Positions 7,157 through 16,209 of a DNA stretch of 42,239 nucleotides are shown in pieces. This stretch comes from a virus. The notes under the pieces were generated by a model, which did not search any database, was not told the DNA's origin, and saw only the letters and a program-made list of their open reading frames with translations. The stretch is from positions 1 to 42,239 of IMG/VR virus record IMGVR_UViG_3300017698_000025. One strand, given 5' to 3'. The position numbers and the translations under genes are program-made. Each line of letters begins with the position of its first letter. The first letter of the stretch is position 1.

Positions 7157-8609
7157 GCGCGTTCTCTACACCCTTCCGACCGGTGGCGGGAAGACCGTCA
7201 CGTTCAGCGACATCTGCCGCTGCGTCGTGGCCAAGGGAAACCGCGTCTACATCACCGCGCACCGTCGCCAGATCGTCAACCAGATCTCCGACGCGCTCGC
7301 TATGTTCGGCGTCCAGCACGGGCTGCTGCTTCCGGGCCACAGGATCACGTCTGACCGCGTTCAGGTCGGCATGGTCCAGACCATCGCCAGGAGGCTGCAC
7401 CTGCTGCCCGAGCCGAACATGCTGATCGTCGATGAGGCGCACCACGCTCCGGCCGGGTCGTGGAAGAAACTCTCGGACGAATGGGAGAAGGCACGCCACC
7501 TCGGCGTGACGGCCACCCCTGAACGGCTCGACGGCAAACCCCTCGGGGACTGCTACGACTCCCTGCTGATCGGGCCGTCAACACGCGACCTGATCGACGA
7601 TGGATACCTCTGCAACTTCGATTACTACTCACCTCCGGTGCAGGCCGACCTTGACGGGCTCGGAACGCGCATGGGCGACTTCAAATCTGAGGAACTGGAG
7701 GCCGCGATGGACCGGCCGACCGTCACCGGAGATGCCGTCGCGCACTATGCGAAGCTGGTCAATGGCGCGCCAGCCATCGCGTTCTGTGTGACGATCAAAC
7801 ACGCACAGCACGTGGCGGCATCGTTTCAGGCGGCCGGGTTTCGCTCGACGCACATTGACGGCGGCATGGACGAAAACACGCGGGCGCGGATCTTCTCCGA
7901 TCTGGCGGCTGGGCGCATCCAGGTTCTCACGTGCGCCGAACTGATCTCAGAGGGCGTCGACATCCCGGCTGTGGCGGCGGCGATCCTGCTGCGTCGCACG
8001 AAGTCCCTCACGATGTACCTCCAGCAGGTTGGGCGTGCTCTCAGGCCGGTCTACGCGGACGGGTTCGACCGTGACATGCAGTGCGGCCGCCTGTCTTCCA
8101 TCGCGGCGTCTGACAAGCCCCGTGCGTTCATCCTTGACCACGTCGGAAATTCGAAGATCCACGACGGGCCGGCTTTCCCCAGAAACTGGACACTAGACGG
8201 TAAGCGCGACGACGGGTCGCTTGAGACAGTCACCTGCAAGCGCTGCTTTCGGACATGGGAGCGCGGTGAACAGCGCGAATGCGGCGACGACAGCTGTCCG
8301 TTGCGTGGCCGGGCTGCCTCCACTGCTGATGGCCGACCGGCGCCTGAGATCGTAGACGGGTGGTTGGAACTTCAGTCACGCGATCCGCTCGCATGGGCCG
8401 GAGGGATTGACATCATCCGGGCAACGGGCGCCGAATGGCACGCTTTATTGCAGCGGGCGGGAGGGAACGCGGAATGCCTCAAACAGATCGAGAAGCTACG
8501 CGGGTACAAGCGCGGGTGGCACCTGCACGTCTTGCGGGACAGGCAGAAAAAAGAAAAGGAAAGGGCCACTCAGGATGAACTTCGGCGGATCGGATTTCCG
8601 ACCTTTTGA
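7089..8609 (+). CDS. Superfamily-2 DEAD/DEAH-box helicase with a C-terminal Cys-rich (zinc-ribbon-like) region
   Basis: AGGAGGG RBS. Motif I LPTGGGKT, motif II IVDEAHH, motif III GVTATP, motif VI QQVGRALR. VTCKRCFRTWERGEQRECGDDSCPL lies near the C-terminus. The start could be 7089 or 7092. Confidence 0.88.
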   Translation: MMKLRPYQARDVERIRQEFRHTRRVLYTLPTGGGKTVTFSDICRCVVAKGNRVYITAHRRQIVNQISDALAMFGVQHGLLLPGHRITSDRVQVGMVQTIARRLHLLPEPNMLIVDEAHHAPAGSWKKLSDEWEKARHLGVTATPERLDGKPLGDCYDSLLIGPSTRDLIDDGYLCNFDYYSPPVQADLDGLGTRMGDFKSEELEAAMDRPTVTGDAVAHYAKLVNGAPAIAFCVTIKHAQHVAASFQAAGFRSTHIDGGMDENTRARIFSDLAAGRIQVLTCAELISEGVDIPAVAAAILLRRTKSLTMYLQQVGRALRPVYADGFDRDMQCGRLSSIAASDKPRAFILDHVGNSKIHDGPAFPRNWTLDGKRDDGSLETVTCKRCFRTWERGEQRECGDDSCPLRGRAASTADGRPAPEIVDGWLELQSRDPLAWAGGIDIIRATGAEWHALLQRAGGNAECLKQIEKLRGYKRGWHLHVLRDRQKKEKERATQDELRRIGFPTF

Positions 8610-9240
8610 GTCGGACGAGGACGTTCTGGCCTATCACTCGCGCAAGGCGTCACGCGCTGCCATGCGAGCCCGCAAGTGGGGCGCCCAGGCTGGACGATGC
8701 GCATACTGCCGCGCTCCGATGAAGTGGGCTGCGTCACGGCGGCACGGGAATGCTCGACTGACGAAACTCTGCATGACGGAGGACCACGTCCACCCGACCG
8801 GGCGCGGCGGTCAGAACGTCGAGAGCAACATCGTCCTGTCGTGTCACTGGTGCAACGCGCGCAAGGGGATGATGACGGGTGCCGAATGGGTCGCCGTACT
8901 CTGGGAGGAAAAGGACATGGGCGCACGCGAAACGCCGCTGATGAAGGAAATTCTCGTGGCGCTGTGGAGGGAGTTTCCAGACGGCCTCTGGTATCGGCGG
9001 AACGTCGGATCAGCCAGGGCAGGCGACCGGTTCGTCCGGTTTGGCATGGCCGGGCAGGCGGATATCCCGGGGATCCTCGATGGTCGCGCGATAGAGGTTG
9101 AGGTAAAGCCGGACACCGGCCGGCAGAGCCAAGATCAGAAGCACTGGCAGGCCGCCGTCGAGCGGGCCGGTGGCGTGTATCTCCTGGTGCGCAGCGTCGA
9201 TGACGCGATTGACGGCGTTCGGAAGGCGGTGGGGAGGTGA
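8575..9240 (+). CDS. HNH endonuclease fused to a VRR-NUC (PD-(D/E)XK) nuclease domain
   Basis: N-terminal half CAYCRAP...TEDHVHPTGRGGQNVESNIVLSCHWCNARKG is an HNH motif. C-terminal half WYRRNVGSA..FVRFGMAGQADIPGIL.GRAIEVEVKPDTGRQSQDQKHWQAAVERAGGVYLLVRS follows the VRR-NUC pattern. No stop codon between the two halves. Confidence 0.8.
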   Translation: MNFGGSDFRPFESDEDVLAYHSRKASRAAMRARKWGAQAGRCAYCRAPMKWAASRRHGNARLTKLCMTEDHVHPTGRGGQNVESNIVLSCHWCNARKGMMTGAEWVAVLWEEKDMGARETPLMKEILVALWREFPDGLWYRRNVGSARAGDRFVRFGMAGQADIPGILDGRAIEVEVKPDTGRQSQDQKHWQAAVERAGGVYLLVRSVDDAIDGVRKAVGR

Positions 9241-11867
9241 CTGATCTCGTCTCAATGTTCCTGGACGCCATGCAATCGTCAGGCGTTCTAGGCTGCTCAG
9301 ACCCCATCGCAGACGGCAAGATCCACCGGTTTACCGTAGCTGGAGACAGGCCGAAATCCGATAATGGGTGGTACGTCCTGTTTCTGGACGGCGACTTCGC
9401 GGGCGGTGCCTTCGGGTCGTGGAAACTCAGCGTTTCCGAAACGTGGCACGCTCGCGAGGGCGGCAAGAAGATCACCACGGCGCAGCGCAAACGGGTGCGC
9501 GATCTGGCAGAGATGTCGGAGGCCGAGCGCCAGCGCATCGCTGCTGAGGTGGCCGTCAAGGCCGCTGCGATCTGGAAGGCAGCCTCCCCGTCCACGGCAG
9601 AACACGCCTACGCCGCGCGCAAGCGGATCACGCCGCTCGGGACCCGCATCGACAGGCACGGAAATCTGGTGGTGCCGGTCAGGAATTCGGATGGAGAACT
9701 TCGGTCGCTCCAACTGATCAAGCCGGACGGGAACAAGCTGTTTCTCACAGGCGGCGAGATCGGAGGCAACTGGTCGTCGGTCGGCCGCGCTGGCGACACG
9801 ATGCTGATCTGCGAGGGATACGCTACGGCGTGCACACTACATGAGGCGTGCGGGCTGGGCGTGTTCATCGCGTTCAACAACGGAAACCTGCCGGTCGTGG
9901 CCGAGCGCGTGCGCAGGAAGTACCCGGACGCCGCCCTGATCGTATGCGGCGACAACGACCACAAGACCGAAGGAAACCCCGGCGCCGGCTCGATGCGTGA
10001 GGCGGCCGCGATCTGCAAGGGGCACACGCTGCTGCCGGAGGGCATCAAGGGCACCGACTTCAACGACATGGCCGCCGAGATCGGCATAGACGCGGTCAAT
10101 GCCGCGATCAGAACGAAGCTGGACGCCATCCGCGAAGAACCGCCAGCACCCCAGCCGGGGACTGTTCAGGCGCCAGAAGATCTGGAGGACGACGACGCAA
10201 CGCGCGTGGGTGCTCCACAGCCGCTCGGATACGACAAGGGCGTGTACTACTACTATTCCATGGAGACGCGGCAGGTGGAACAGCTGACACCGGCTGAGCA
10301 CACGCCGCGCTCGCTCATGCACCTCGCCAGCGAGGCTTACTTCTGGTCGCGCACATCGTTCCAATCGAAGAACGGCGTCAACTACAATGACGCGGCCGAC
10401 TGGATGATGCACCGCTGTCGCCAGAAGGGCATCTTCAACATCGACCGCATCCGGGGTCGTGGTGCGTGGCTGGAGGGCAAGAAGGCCATCGTCCATTTTG
10501 GCGACCGTCTCGTTGTGGACGGCAAGACCTGCAACCTGTCGGATTTCAGCGGAGGGCCGTTCCTCTATCAGGCCGCCACGCCTCTCGTCTACGAAACACC
10601 GGAGCCGCTTTCCAAGCGCGAGGCGCATCGGCTTCAGGAGATCTGCGAACTCATCAACTGGCGCGATCCGCTCCACGCCAAGCTGCTGGCCGGCTGGATC
10701 GCCCTCGCCCCTATCTGCGGCGCACTGAACTGGAGGGCGTCGATCTGGATTACCGGGGCGTCCGGCTCCGGCAAGACGTGGATCATGACGCACATCATCA
10801 AGGGCGCCCTCCGCGACGTGTCGCTGATGGTCTCCAGCGGGACCACGGAAGCCGCTCTTCGCCAGAAGCTGGACAGCGACGCGCTCCCGGTGGTCTTCGA
10901 CGAGGCCGAAGGCGAGAAGATGGTGGACGCCCAGCGCATGGACGCCGTACTCCAGCTGGTCCGTCAGTCGTCGTCCGAGCAGGACGCGGCGATCCTGAAG
11001 GGGTCACAGAACCAGAAGGGCGCGAAGATGTACCGGATGCGCTCGTGCTTCGCGTTCATGTCGATCAACGTCGGTCTCGTGGAGCGAGCGGACGAAAGCC
11101 GCATAACGGTGCTCCCACTCGAAAGCGCGGACCGATCCGACCCAGAACAATCCGCCATCGCGGACGACAATTTCGAGGAACTGGAGCGGCTGGTGCGTGA
11201 GACGATTACGCCTGATTTCTCGTCTCGTCTGATTATGCGCTCGGCCCGGCTTATCCCGGTGATCCGCAAGAACCACGACACGTTTTCCCGTGCTGTCGGG
11301 TCCGTGTTCGGGGACCGGCGTGCCGGCGATCAGCTGGGCGCCCTTCTGGCCGGGGCGTACTCGCTCACCTCAGAGGCAGAGATCACCTACGACGCGGCGC
11401 GCGCGTGGATCGAGACGCACTCGAACCTGAAGGCGTCCACTGTGGCCGATGAGCAGACGGACGAGGAACGGTTCCTGTCTCACGTGAAACAGGCCATGGT
11501 GCGCGTCCAGGGTGTCAATGGGCACGGCGTGCTAGACCGACAGATTGGCGAGTTGATGGACGCCGCTCGAACCGTCGAGGGTGGGTACGGGATGGTCTAC
11601 ACCGAGGCGCGACAGACGCTCATGCGCTGCGGTATCCGGTATCAGTCGGAGGACGACGGCGGCGAGGGGTTTTGGATTTCGCACTCGTCAAAGGGACTGA
11701 AGAACCGTATCCTGAAGGACGCGCCGGCCTGGGGCCGAAAGCCCGCGCTGACGCTGAGCCGGATACGTGGCGCCGTGAACAGCGACAACCCGATCCGGTT
11801 CGCTGGCGACAAGGAGCGCGCGACGTTCCTGCCGTGGTCCGTGGTCAAGGGAGACGATGATGCCTGA
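9237..11867 (+). CDS. Primase-helicase: COG4643-like N-terminal domain, Toprim primase and P-loop helicase (P4-alpha/DUF927-like)
   Basis: 876 aa. GKIHRF..DNGWYVLFLDG..GAFGSW; Toprim motifs LICEGYATA and CGDNDH; Walker A ITGASGSGKT; Walker B VVFDEAE. The GTG start overlaps the upstream TGA. An alternative ATG is at 9255. Confidence 0.88.
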   Translation: MTDLVSMFLDAMQSSGVLGCSDPIADGKIHRFTVAGDRPKSDNGWYVLFLDGDFAGGAFGSWKLSVSETWHAREGGKKITTAQRKRVRDLAEMSEAERQRIAAEVAVKAAAIWKAASPSTAEHAYAARKRITPLGTRIDRHGNLVVPVRNSDGELRSLQLIKPDGNKLFLTGGEIGGNWSSVGRAGDTMLICEGYATACTLHEACGLGVFIAFNNGNLPVVAERVRRKYPDAALIVCGDNDHKTEGNPGAGSMREAAAICKGHTLLPEGIKGTDFNDMAAEIGIDAVNAAIRTKLDAIREEPPAPQPGTVQAPEDLEDDDATRVGAPQPLGYDKGVYYYYSMETRQVEQLTPAEHTPRSLMHLASEAYFWSRTSFQSKNGVNYNDAADWMMHRCRQKGIFNIDRIRGRGAWLEGKKAIVHFGDRLVVDGKTCNLSDFSGGPFLYQAATPLVYETPEPLSKREAHRLQEICELINWRDPLHAKLLAGWIALAPICGALNWRASIWITGASGSGKTWIMTHIIKGALRDVSLMVSSGTTEAALRQKLDSDALPVVFDEAEGEKMVDAQRMDAVLQLVRQSSSEQDAAILKGSQNQKGAKMYRMRSCFAFMSINVGLVERADESRITVLPLESADRSDPEQSAIADDNFEELERLVRETITPDFSSRLIMRSARLIPVIRKNHDTFSRAVGSVFGDRRAGDQLGALLAGAYSLTSEAEITYDAARAWIETHSNLKASTVADEQTDEERFLSHVKQAMVRVQGVNGHGVLDRQIGELMDAARTVEGGYGMVYTEARQTLMRCGIRYQSEDDGGEGFWISHSSKGLKNRILKDAPAWGRKPALTLSRIRGAVNSDNPIRFAGDKERATFLPWSVVKGDDDA

Positions 11868-12054
11868 GATCTCGGACGGCCTCGAAGACTGGAAGGTCGC
11901 CATCGCTACGCTGAGGGAGGCGGCGGTGCGTGGCCGCTCCGTCTCTCCGCACCCTTACGACGAACGCGAAAAAAAATGGGTCCAAGAGGGACCCAAGTTG
12001 AGGGAGAACGGGGAAGTGGATTGGGCGGCGTTAGATACGGTTAAGGGGGAGTGA
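11857..12054 (+). CDS. Hypothetical protein
   Basis: 65 aa. The ATGATG start overlaps the end of the primase gene. Last gene of the rightward operon. Confidence 0.5.
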   Translation: MMPEISDGLEDWKVAIATLREAAVRGRSVSPHPYDEREKKWVQEGPKLRENGEVDWAALDTVKGE

Positions 12055-12072
12055 AGCGGGCGCAGGACATGG

Positions 12073-12375
12073 CTATTCGGAGCCCGGAGGGGTGGGGTCT
12101 GCGGCTGTCTTGCGGTTCAGCGCGGCCCAATCCTTGAGACCCTTCGCCGCGACATTGAGGTCGTGTGAAGGGCGCACACCAGCCAAGCGCTCCACGAACA
12201 CAGCGGAATCTTCGATCCCTCTTGTGTGAGCGTCACTAATCGTCGCATCTATCATTTCGGCGATGGTTTCTGGGTCGCAATCTGGCCGGAGCCTAGGAAG
12301 CACCCAAAGGAGAAGTCGGTCGAAGACCGCCATCCTCTGTTCGTGGTCGGCGGGTAGTTTCACCACGTCACCCAT
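12073..12375 (-). CDS. Hypothetical protein
   Basis: 100 aa starting MGDVVKL with a GAGAAGGAAG RBS. 8-nt overlap with the upstream gene. The longer 184-aa version in the ORF track has a Pro/Ser/Thr-rich off-frame-looking N-terminus. Confidence 0.55.
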   Translation of the reverse strand: MGDVVKLPADHEQRMAVFDRLLLWVLPRLRPDCDPETIAEMIDATISDAHTRGIEDSAVFVERLAGVRPSHDLNVAAKGLKDWAALNRKTAADPTPPGSE

Positions 12376-12715
12376 CTTCCTTCTCCACTTCCTTGATGGC
12401 TTCGCGTTCAGCCACCCGATGCCGAGCGATCTCCAGAACATTATCGAACTCCCCCGGCAGCGCGAGGGCTGGCGTGGAGCCTCCTCCGTTCTCCAGAAGC
12501 GCTTCGCATAGAGACAGGACGAGGGAGTCGTAATGCTCGTCAGTGGCGGAGGCGGCGTAGCTGGTGGTGAGGACGTTGAGGGCGTCGCGTAGGGCGCTGC
12601 CCCGGATAGCTGCCGCGCACGCCTCAATGCCGAACTTCGGCCCCTTGCGTTTCAGGTCTGCGCGCAGGGCATCCGCCTCTGCGATCATCCTGCGGAGTGT
12701 GTCGGCGGGGGTCAT
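12368..12715 (-). CDS. Hypothetical protein
   Basis: 115 aa starting MTPADTLRRM. ATGA overlap with the upstream stop. Confidence 0.55.
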   Translation of the reverse strand: MTPADTLRRMIAEADALRADLKRKGPKFGIEACAAAIRGSALRDALNVLTTSYAASATDEHYDSLVLSLCEALLENGGGSTPALALPGEFDNVLEIARHRVAEREAIKEVEKEDG

Positions 12716-12960
12716 GACAGCCGCCTCAGAACCCTGTCCATCCAGTCGGCGCGCACGAAATTCCGGCCATAGGGGGTGCAATCCCCTTGATCCGAGCGCT
12801 CGGATTCACAAGTGGAAGCGGAGCTGCGAAAGCTGTATCCATCAACCAGGCTGTAGTCCCTCTCGACACGTTTTGTCAGTGAACACCAAGCATCCCAAGC
12901 GCGCCCAACTCCGTCATCTCCGGCCGGTCGATAGTGCCGGCAGTCCTTGCAGGTCACCAT
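12712..12960 (-). CDS. Hypothetical Cys-containing small protein
   Basis: 82 aa (MVTCKDCRHY...). Strong GGAGGGAGAG RBS. The start overlaps the upstream stop. Confidence 0.6.
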   Translation of the reverse strand: MVTCKDCRHYRPAGDDGVGRAWDAWCSLTKRVERDYSLVDGYSFRSSASTCESERSDQGDCTPYGRNFVRADWMDRVLRRLS

Positions 12961-13283
12961 CACTCTCCCTCCATCTTGTGGGGGTTGGGGAGGGCGCGGA
13001 TGTCATCCTCGATGAGGTCGGCAGCCGTGTCAGACGCAACACTATCAGGGCGGTGCGACCACCCTTTAGATCGGATTCCCGCCTCCTCCGCACTCGCCGT
13101 CCTTCCCTGCTCCCATGCGGAGGCTTCGCGGGCTTGGACCTGGGCGAGGGTGAAGAGGTGGCGCTCTTCGAACGGCCACTTCGGGTTTCCTTCCCACTGC
13201 CCGTCCATCCATCCGGACCAACCCTCGTCTTGAGGGCGCCGAAATCGGAACTGTCGCAGGACAGGCTCCATCTCCTCAGCCAT
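12960..13283 (-). CDS. Hypothetical Trp-rich protein
   Basis: 107 aa. AAGGAGA RBS. 8-nt overlap with the HNH-AP2 gene. Confidence 0.6.
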   Translation of the reverse strand: MAEEMEPVLRQFRFRRPQDEGWSGWMDGQWEGNPKWPFEERHLFTLAQVQAREASAWEQGRTASAEEAGIRSKGWSHRPDSVASDTAADLIEDDIRALPNPHKMEGE

Positions 13284-13848
13284 GGTCTGTCTCCTTGAGG
13301 GTGGAGCGGATGTCGTCTGAGAAGTTTAGCGTTGCGAAGACTCCGTGAAGCCGAGCGGCGGCATCGTCATAGGCAAATGCGGCGTCTATCTCTAGACGGT
13401 GAAGCCCGAGCCCAATCTTGCTTCTCTTCCCATTCGAAATCTGCGCCCTCCACTTAGCTTCGCGTGCGTCCCAAGACACTCCGCGATAAATAGAGGACTT
13501 CCCAACCTTCATTCTGCAATTGCGCGAGTTCTCCGCGTGCGTGCAGGACCTGAGATTTTCAGGCCTATTATCTGCCCTGTCACGGTTTATATGGTCGATA
13601 ACATCTGGGTCGTAACCATGAACCATCTTCCAAATAACACGATGAGCGAAATAAAATGTGCGGTCTATCTTCCCGCATCTGTAACCATCACCATTGATCC
13701 TGGTGAACGCCGTCTTTCCAGCAAACTTCCCATTCCACCACGGAAGATGTGGTTGGGCCCTCCAAACCAAACGTCCGCAGGGGTGAAGCTCTAGCCGCTG
13801 AAGGAGATATTTTTGTTCTGGAAGTTGGGCATACTTCTGGCCGCTCAT
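13276..13848 (-). CDS. HNH-AP2 homing endonuclease
   Basis: 190 aa from MSGQKY. AHRVIWKMVHGYDPDVIDHINRDRADNRPENLRSCTHAENSRN is an HNH_3-type motif. YRGVSWDAREAKWRAQISNGKRSKIGLGLHRLEIDAAFAYDDAAARLHGVFATLNF follows the AP2 DNA-binding pattern. Visibly AT-richer than the flanks. Confidence 0.85.
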   Translation of the reverse strand: MSGQKYAQLPEQKYLLQRLELHPCGRLVWRAQPHLPWWNGKFAGKTAFTRINGDGYRCGKIDRTFYFAHRVIWKMVHGYDPDVIDHINRDRADNRPENLRSCTHAENSRNCRMKVGKSSIYRGVSWDAREAKWRAQISNGKRSKIGLGLHRLEIDAAFAYDDAAARLHGVFATLNFSDDIRSTLKETDHG

Positions 13849-14030
13849 TCCTGCTCCCCCTCCGGCTCGACTTCCGGGGCGGTGGAGAGGACGGCGTTGA
13901 TTTTCTGCCGCGCCATCGTGGTTGTGATGTCCCGTTCGCCGGGAAGTTCGGCCCAATCGCACGTCGCTTTCGCAAGTGCCCATGCCCACTCGTCCGTCGC
14001 CTCTGCCGGCACTGTCACTGTCTTACCCAT
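13845..14030 (-). CDS. Hypothetical protein
   Basis: 61 aa. The stop overlaps the HNH-AP2 start (ATGA). Confidence 0.55.
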   Translation of the reverse strand: MGKTVTVPAEATDEWAWALAKATCDWAELPGERDITTTMARQKINAVLSTAPEVEPEGEQE

Positions 14031-14520
14031 CGTTCCCGTCCTCCACGAGGGTGAGGTCGGAGAGGGTGCGCGGCGAACCCCCAGGATAGAAATCGAACCG
14101 ATGGTGATATTTCAGGTAGGCTTGTTGTCCATCAGCACTGATTGCATCGACGATCCCGCCGTAAGAGGCGTGCTGGTGGTTTACAGGCTTAGTAAAAACA
14201 AGGCTCCCCACCTTGATCTCCTGCGGCTTGCGGGAGACGAGGGTGGAGGCGGCGAGGACTTCGTGCCTGAACGCGTAGTCGCCATCGAATGTCAGGGGGC
14301 GCACGCGAATTGATTTACCTATGCCGACATGCTCCACGATGAAGCGAATGTCCCACACGTCGCCTTCGCGCACTTCGGTATTCACGCTCATCACAACCCT
14401 CACTCTCTCTTTCGGCCAAATCCCTAGCGTCCCTTTATGCCGGACAATTACGTGGTCGTCAAGCAGGCGGTAAACCTCTCCGGGGCCGTCCGGGGTGGAT
14501 ACCGGGTCGCAGGGTTTCAT
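14023..14520 (-). CDS. Hypothetical protein (beta-rich)
   Basis: 165-aa ORF, coupled to its neighbours by overlaps. Confidence 0.65.
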   Translation of the reverse strand: MKPCDPVSTPDGPGEVYRLLDDHVIVRHKGTLGIWPKERVRVVMSVNTEVREGDVWDIRFIVEHVGIGKSIRVRPLTFDGDYAFRHEVLAASTLVSRKPQEIKVGSLVFTKPVNHQHASYGGIVDAISADGQQAYLKYHHRFDFYPGGSPRTLSDLTLVEDGNDG

Positions 14521-14603
14521 GTCAGAGCCTCCAGCAGCTGACCGAACCAGACGCCGCAGACGAATATGAACACGAACAGGAAAAACCTGAGAACCCAGTC
14601 CAT
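14517..14603 (-). CDS. 28-aa hydrophobic micro-protein (MDWVLRFFLFVFIFVCGVWFGQLLEALT)
   Basis: The ATG overlaps the upstream TGA (TGATG) and the stop overlaps the next ATG (ATGA). Single TM-length hydrophobic core. Below the ORF-track length cutoff when taken as an independent ORF. Confidence 0.45.
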   Translation of the reverse strand: MDWVLRFFLFVFIFVCGVWFGQLLEALT

Positions 14604-14833
14604 CACAACTCCCTCACTTTCTTCCATGCCCGGAACATCCGCTCTTGAGCCTGGAGCAGCAGCGCAAGCGTCTCCGCGTCGTCGCGGGACCGCATGTCGC
14701 CGATCAGCCGCCACTGGTGCATCAGCTTGTCGTGCTGCGTCATGTGCTTCGCCAGCGCTTCCGCATACTCGCGCCGCATGTGGGCGCCTGCGTGGGCGTT
14801 GGCGTGCAGCAGGGCGATGGGGTCGGTGGTCAT
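14603..14833 (-). CDS. Hypothetical protein
   Basis: 76 aa, helical-looking. ATGA overlap with the upstream gene. Confidence 0.6.
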   Translation of the reverse strand: MTTDPIALLHANAHAGAHMRREYAEALAKHMTQHDKLMHQWRLIGDMRSRDDAETLALLLQAQERMFRAWKKVREL

Positions 14834-15954
14834 CCCCCGTCTCCCTTCGGCTGGGCGAGGGCGGCTTCGATTCCAAGCAGGACCTCAGCGCGATCCTCCC
14901 CGGTCATTTTCGCTGCGCCGGGCGCCCAATCGACATGGGTCCGAGTGACGCCTTTGCTGTCCCACATGTCAGCCACCTCGCGGCCCTTGGGCCCGAGCAT
15001 GTTCCGGTACGCGGAGGCCAAATAGGCACGGTCAGTAGCGAGGCGGTTTACCGTATTCAGTTCGGCCGTAAGCCTCTCCACCTCCGCCCGTAGCGCGTCC
15101 CGCTCGGTCGTCAGGCGAGTTTCGCGGGCCTTGGCGTCGCGAAACTCTTCGGAAACCCAATCGTAAAAATGCTGAGTAGTGACGCCATCCCCTTGATCAC
15201 GGTTCCAATCAAAGCCCATGTCTTCCAGAAGCTGCCGACATGTGACCCACAGTTCCCCCTCGAATTCATTGGACAGCACCTCACCGTCGCGTTCGAGTTC
15301 CTCGATCCTGTCTTTCGCGTCATCGAGTTCCGCCCGTAGCGAGCCAACAACTTGCCGGACCGGTTCGGCGCCGTGCCAGTTGCCGGGCTCCCCGGTTTCT
15401 CCCGAGCAGATCTGATAGACTTCCGCCACGGTCGCATTAGCGGCGCGGGCTTCTCCGGCATGGCACTTGGCCTCCATCTCCAGCCGGTCGCAGAGCGCTT
15501 GCAAGCGCTCGTTCTCCGCCCGTAGCGCATCCTCGGTGGGGCGGGTGTTGAAGACCCGAAGCTGCGACTCCAGCATCAATTCGGTGGCCCTGCGCTTCAG
15601 GGCTTCAATCTCACCGTTCATCCTGCGGATCTCAGCGTCCTCGTGTTCCTCGGTCCAGAAAAACTGAGCGTTGGAGATGGCGTCGGCGCGCGTGTCAACC
15701 GCGCCACCGATCCACCCCTTCACCCTCCGCTTGGGGGCGGGCGCGTTGATGAGGTCGTGGGGGTGAGGATATTGTCCCTTAGACCAGCAACCATCTTTCA
15801 GCCATTCTGAGATGATGCTTTTTTCGTCCGGACCGATCAGGCCAACAATGGCCCAAACGTCACGCCTGTCCGTGCACAGCACGCGCACCTCCCACCCATC
15901 CCTCGTGGTCCACCCATGCGGCCAGTCGAGGGAGAAATCTTCACGCTTGGTCAT
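14830..15954 (-). CDS. Hypothetical coiled-coil protein
   Basis: About 374 aa starting MTKRED (alternative ATG at 15978). Trp-rich N-terminal domain, then long heptad-like segments (EIEALKRRATELMLE, RAENERLQALCDRLEMEA, RAEVERLTAELNTV). Confidence 0.7.
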   Translation of the reverse strand: MTKREDFSLDWPHGWTTRDGWEVRVLCTDRRDVWAIVGLIGPDEKSIISEWLKDGCWSKGQYPHPHDLINAPAPKRRVKGWIGGAVDTRADAISNAQFFWTEEHEDAEIRRMNGEIEALKRRATELMLESQLRVFNTRPTEDALRAENERLQALCDRLEMEAKCHAGEARAANATVAEVYQICSGETGEPGNWHGAEPVRQVVGSLRAELDDAKDRIEELERDGEVLSNEFEGELWVTCRQLLEDMGFDWNRDQGDGVTTQHFYDWVSEEFRDAKARETRLTTERDALRAEVERLTAELNTVNRLATDRAYLASAYRNMLGPKGREVADMWDSKGVTRTHVDWAPGAAKMTGEDRAEVLLGIEAALAQPKGDGG

Positions 15955-16153
15955 GACGGCCCCGCTTCTTAAGGACATTGGCGATGTGCGCCTGTGTATT
16001 CTGCGGGGTTGGGATCAGATGAAAATCGTGCGTGCATAACTCCACTTCCCCCTCAGATTGAACAGCGGGGTGCAGATGCGGTTGTGTAGATCCGCAACGT
16101 GGGCATTCGTCCTCTATATTATTCATATCGATCTCCATGATACGATCGGTCAT
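15941..16153 (-). CDS. Hypothetical protein with a CxxC motif
   Basis: 70 aa starting MTDRIMEID. ECPRCGS plus a downstream C/H residue pair. ATGA overlap with the upstream micro-ORF. Confidence 0.55.
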   Translation of the reverse strand: MTDRIMEIDMNNIEDECPRCGSTQPHLHPAVQSEGEVELCTHDFHLIPTPQNTQAHIANVLKKRGRHDQA

Positions 16154-16209
16154 CGCTGCACACTCCAGATAATCGCCCCGAAGGCGAAGAGGATGAAGAA
16201 GATGCTCAT
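16150..16209 (-). CDS. 19-aa hydrophobic micro-protein (MSIFFILFAFGAIIWSVQR)
   Basis: ATGA overlaps at both ends place it exactly between two coupled genes. Too short for the ORF track. Confidence 0.4.
   Translation of the reverse strand: MSIFFILFAFGAIIWSVQR

Noticed and set aside
12055-12072. Convergent operon junctions (12054/12073 and 3588/3599) searched for bidirectional terminators.
   Set aside because: The gaps are only 18 and 10 nt, and I found no GC-rich hairpin or T-tract. No terminator can be supported, so transcription may collide or terminate inside the opposing genes.
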